Shown: one piece after another, positions 52,439 to 54,136 of the stretch
How the letters are laid out: the number at the start of each line of letters is the position of its first letter
Position numbering within the stretch: the stretch's first letter is position 1
Assembly (NCBI GenBank): GCA_028820995.1
Contig: JAPPHR010000013.1
Coordinates: 1-54,136, forward strand
Direction: 5' to 3'
From: Rhodospirillales bacterium
Lineage (GTDB): Bacteria > Pseudomonadota > Alphaproteobacteria > UBA828
Length of the DNA: 54,136 nt
Translations under genes and position numbers: made by a program
Notes under the pieces: generated by a model
Seen by the model: only the letters and a program-made list of their open reading frames with translations
What the model was told of the DNA's origin: nothing
Databases searched by the model: none

Positions 52439-52768
52439 TGCCGCCTCCGCCGAGGTCTACCTCCCAACACGCGCGGAACGCGTGCCCGCAGCGCAGGTGG
52501 CGGTCTTGTCGCCGCCTCGTCCTCCGCCGACCGTCACGAACGGTAATATGCCGACGCCTCAAATTCGATAGGGATTTCCGCTCGGCCGTGGATGTCCTTG
52601 ATCTGTGCGGGAGCGAACGTGATTTCGTCGCCGGGGCTCATCCGCCAATTCCCCGGTACGCGACCCGGAAGCGACGACAAGCGCGAGGCGGGTCGGTGCG
52701 GTGCGCAGTCGGTCTCTCTATCGGCGGTTCAAAGGATGCATGACGCACAATCGGTGCAGAGCATCTCT

Positions 52769-53212
52769 CTATTCCTTCATGCCCAGCGCTTCTTTCGTAC
52801 GACTCAGCGCTTGCAGAACGATGTCCACGAGTCCGGGCTGCATGTCGGCAATGTAGGCAGAATATTTCGTCAATATGGCGCTGCCGGCTGGGGTCTCGTA
52901 GAACTCCGACAGCGCCTCGATCTCCTCGACGGTGAAATGCGTCGTCATGGCGGGCACGATGATCGCCTCCAGACTCTCGATATTGAGCACTTCCCTGATC
53001 ATCTGCAGATAGAGATCGCGTTCCACACCCGCTGGGAAGGTCTCCGCCGACGCCTCTTCGATATCCTTCAGCATCACCGGCAGCGTTAGGGCGACATGGC
53101 GTTCCGCGAGTGCGCGGCGGTTCTCCATCGTGTCGGCGATGTCGGAATCGGCCAACGCGGCATTCGCGAAGAAGACGATGAGGCAGACCGCAAGAAGTCC
53201 GGGTGCGAGCAT
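52769..53212 (-). CDS. DUF2059-like secreted protein
   Basis: Start chosen at ATG 53212 (signal-like MLAPGLLAVCLIVFFANAALA); upstream ATGs at 53275 and 53305 are possible. FTVEEIEALSEFYETPAGSAIL matches the DUF2059 FTxxELxxxxxFYxSPxGxK motif. Confidence 0.65.
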   Translation of the reverse strand: MLAPGLLAVCLIVFFANAALADSDIADTMENRRALAERHVALTLPVMLKDIEEASAETFPAGVERDLYLQMIREVLNIESLEAIIVPAMTTHFTVEEIEALSEFYETPAGSAILTKYSAYIADMQPGLVDIVLQALSRTKEALGMKE

Positions 53213-53503
53213 GATTGCCCGCGTCAGATCGTTCTCCGGCGTGTGCGTTCGCGTCAGCCGCAATTCGGTTTGCATCCGTGGTGATCGCAGGGCCGCATTG
53301 TCCATCGCCGCATGCGCGAAATCTTATGCAGTTTGCGACGATTTCGATGCCGGTGAGATATGCCCGGCGTCGGCGCCGACGCGTTTGCGCTCGACAGTGC
53401 CGCGGCTGGACGAGGACGTTCGGCCCGCGCCGGGATGACGTCCCCCGACAAAGCGACTTCGTCGTTTGGGAGGCGTGCCTCCGGGGGCCGCTCAAAGGCG
53501 CGG

Positions 53504-53950
53504 CTATGGAGTCTCTTCTGCGGCCGCGCTCTTCGTCAGCGTGATGATGTTGCGATTGTCAGTGCGCCGATACGCCACATCGTCCATCATCTGCTGCACG
53601 AGAAAGAGGCCGAGCCCGCCGAGCGCGCGCTCCTCCAGCGTCGCGTCGACATCGGGCTCTCTCGTCAGTGAGGAGTCGAACGGCCGTCCGTCGTCCTCGA
53701 TCACCACTACGAGCGTATCGCCGTCAACGCGAAGGGTGAGGCCGATTCGGTGCTCCGCGTCGTCGTCGTAGCCGTAGCTGATGGTGTTGGTCAGGATCTC
53801 GTCGATCGAGAGATTGACCGCGTAGACGATCTGCGGCGAAACCCCCAGCGACTCGCAATACGCGTCGATCTTCTCCGCCGCGGCGCCGATCTCCCGCAGG
53901 TCGTTGACCAGCGAAAGCTCCAGCGAATCGTCGCTTGCACTATCGTTCAT
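53504..53950 (-). CDS. Anti-sigma regulatory factor / Ser-Thr kinase (RsbW/SpoIIAB-like HATPase_c_2)
   Basis: 148 aa from ATG 53950. SIDEILTNTISYGY (N-box-like), VVIEDDGRPFD (G1), GGLGLFLVQQMMDDV (G2). Confidence 0.8.
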   Translation of the reverse strand: MNDSASDDSLELSLVNDLREIGAAAEKIDAYCESLGVSPQIVYAVNLSIDEILTNTISYGYDDDAEHRIGLTLRVDGDTLVVVIEDDGRPFDSSLTREPDVDATLEERALGGLGLFLVQQMMDDVAYRRTDNRNIITLTKSAAAEETP

Positions 53951-54046
53951 CGGCCAAACGTGTCGCGGCACCCGCAGGGGTTCGTCTCGGCCTGCTCAGC
54001 GCTCACATTTACGCCTATTCGAAAGGACCGCCAAACGGTTTTCTCT

Positions 54047-54136
54047 CAGAGCGTTTCCGTTTCGCACGGAAACGCTCCGATTCTTTGTCGCTCACGGCAG
54101 CCGGCCTCCGGCCGGCGCCTCCGCGAGGGCGCCGCA
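54047..54136 (-). repeat. Double-palindrome intergenic repeat, copy 2 (inverted relative to copy 1; runs to the window edge)
   Basis: GAGCGTTTCCGT-ttcgc-ACGGAAACGCTC and GCCGGCC-tcc-GGCCGGC. Its reverse complement aligns with 35285-35373. Confidence 0.6.

Noticed and set aside
52534-52641. 35-codon minus-strand ORF (MSPGDEITFAPAQIKDIHGRAEIPIEFEASAYYRS) upstream of the PPK2 gene
   Set aside because: The composition is coding-like, but it is very short, I saw no convincing SD and I recognise no family. This is not enough to call a gene.

Overview
High-GC chromosomal segment (about two-thirds G+C by eye), probably from an alphaproteobacterium. That guess rests on gene content and RIME/REP-like intergenic palindromes and is low confidence. 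I can support about 50 protein-coding genes. I saw no rRNA, tRNA, CRISPR array or intact mobile element; the only mobile trace is a roughly 40-codon relic of an IS630-type transposase. Most genes are accessory transport or catabolism genes: a family-5 peptide/nickel-type ABC importer with an embedded isochorismatase-family gene, and a coxMSL-ordered molybdenum hydroxylase. There are also SDR, crotonase and 2-hydroxyacid dehydrogenase genes, two amidase-signature amidases, an LLM flavin oxidoreductase, two EamA transporters, an FbpABC-type Fe(3+) importer and Rieske and BolA genes. The remainder includes HDAC-like, DegP, a class-III aminotransferase plus APH-type kinase pair, FIST, GT4, a TcuA-like/HIBADH/RraA operon, a FadH/OYE-type flavoprotein, a two-domain PPK2 and an RsbW-like kinase. 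Five items deserve a second look. (1) A three-subunit, split-beta, Co-type nitrile-hydratase-family enzyme sits in an operon with a D-aminoacylase-type amidohydrolase and is flanked by a second one, with no activator gene. (2) Two tandem paralogous lipoproteins have a TbpB/fHbp-like C-terminal barrel signature. They lie behind an AT-rich repeat-bearing promoter island and next to the Fe(3+) ABC importer. (3) The conserved but biochemically uncharacterised triad of circularly permuted ATP-grasp, alpha-E and transglutaminase is followed by a 468-aa orphan. (4) A small HicA-like/HTH gene pair lies in a lower-GC patch. (5) Two kinds of structured intergenic repeats are present. All calls come from reading the ORF translations and the DNA by eye. 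No database search was run.
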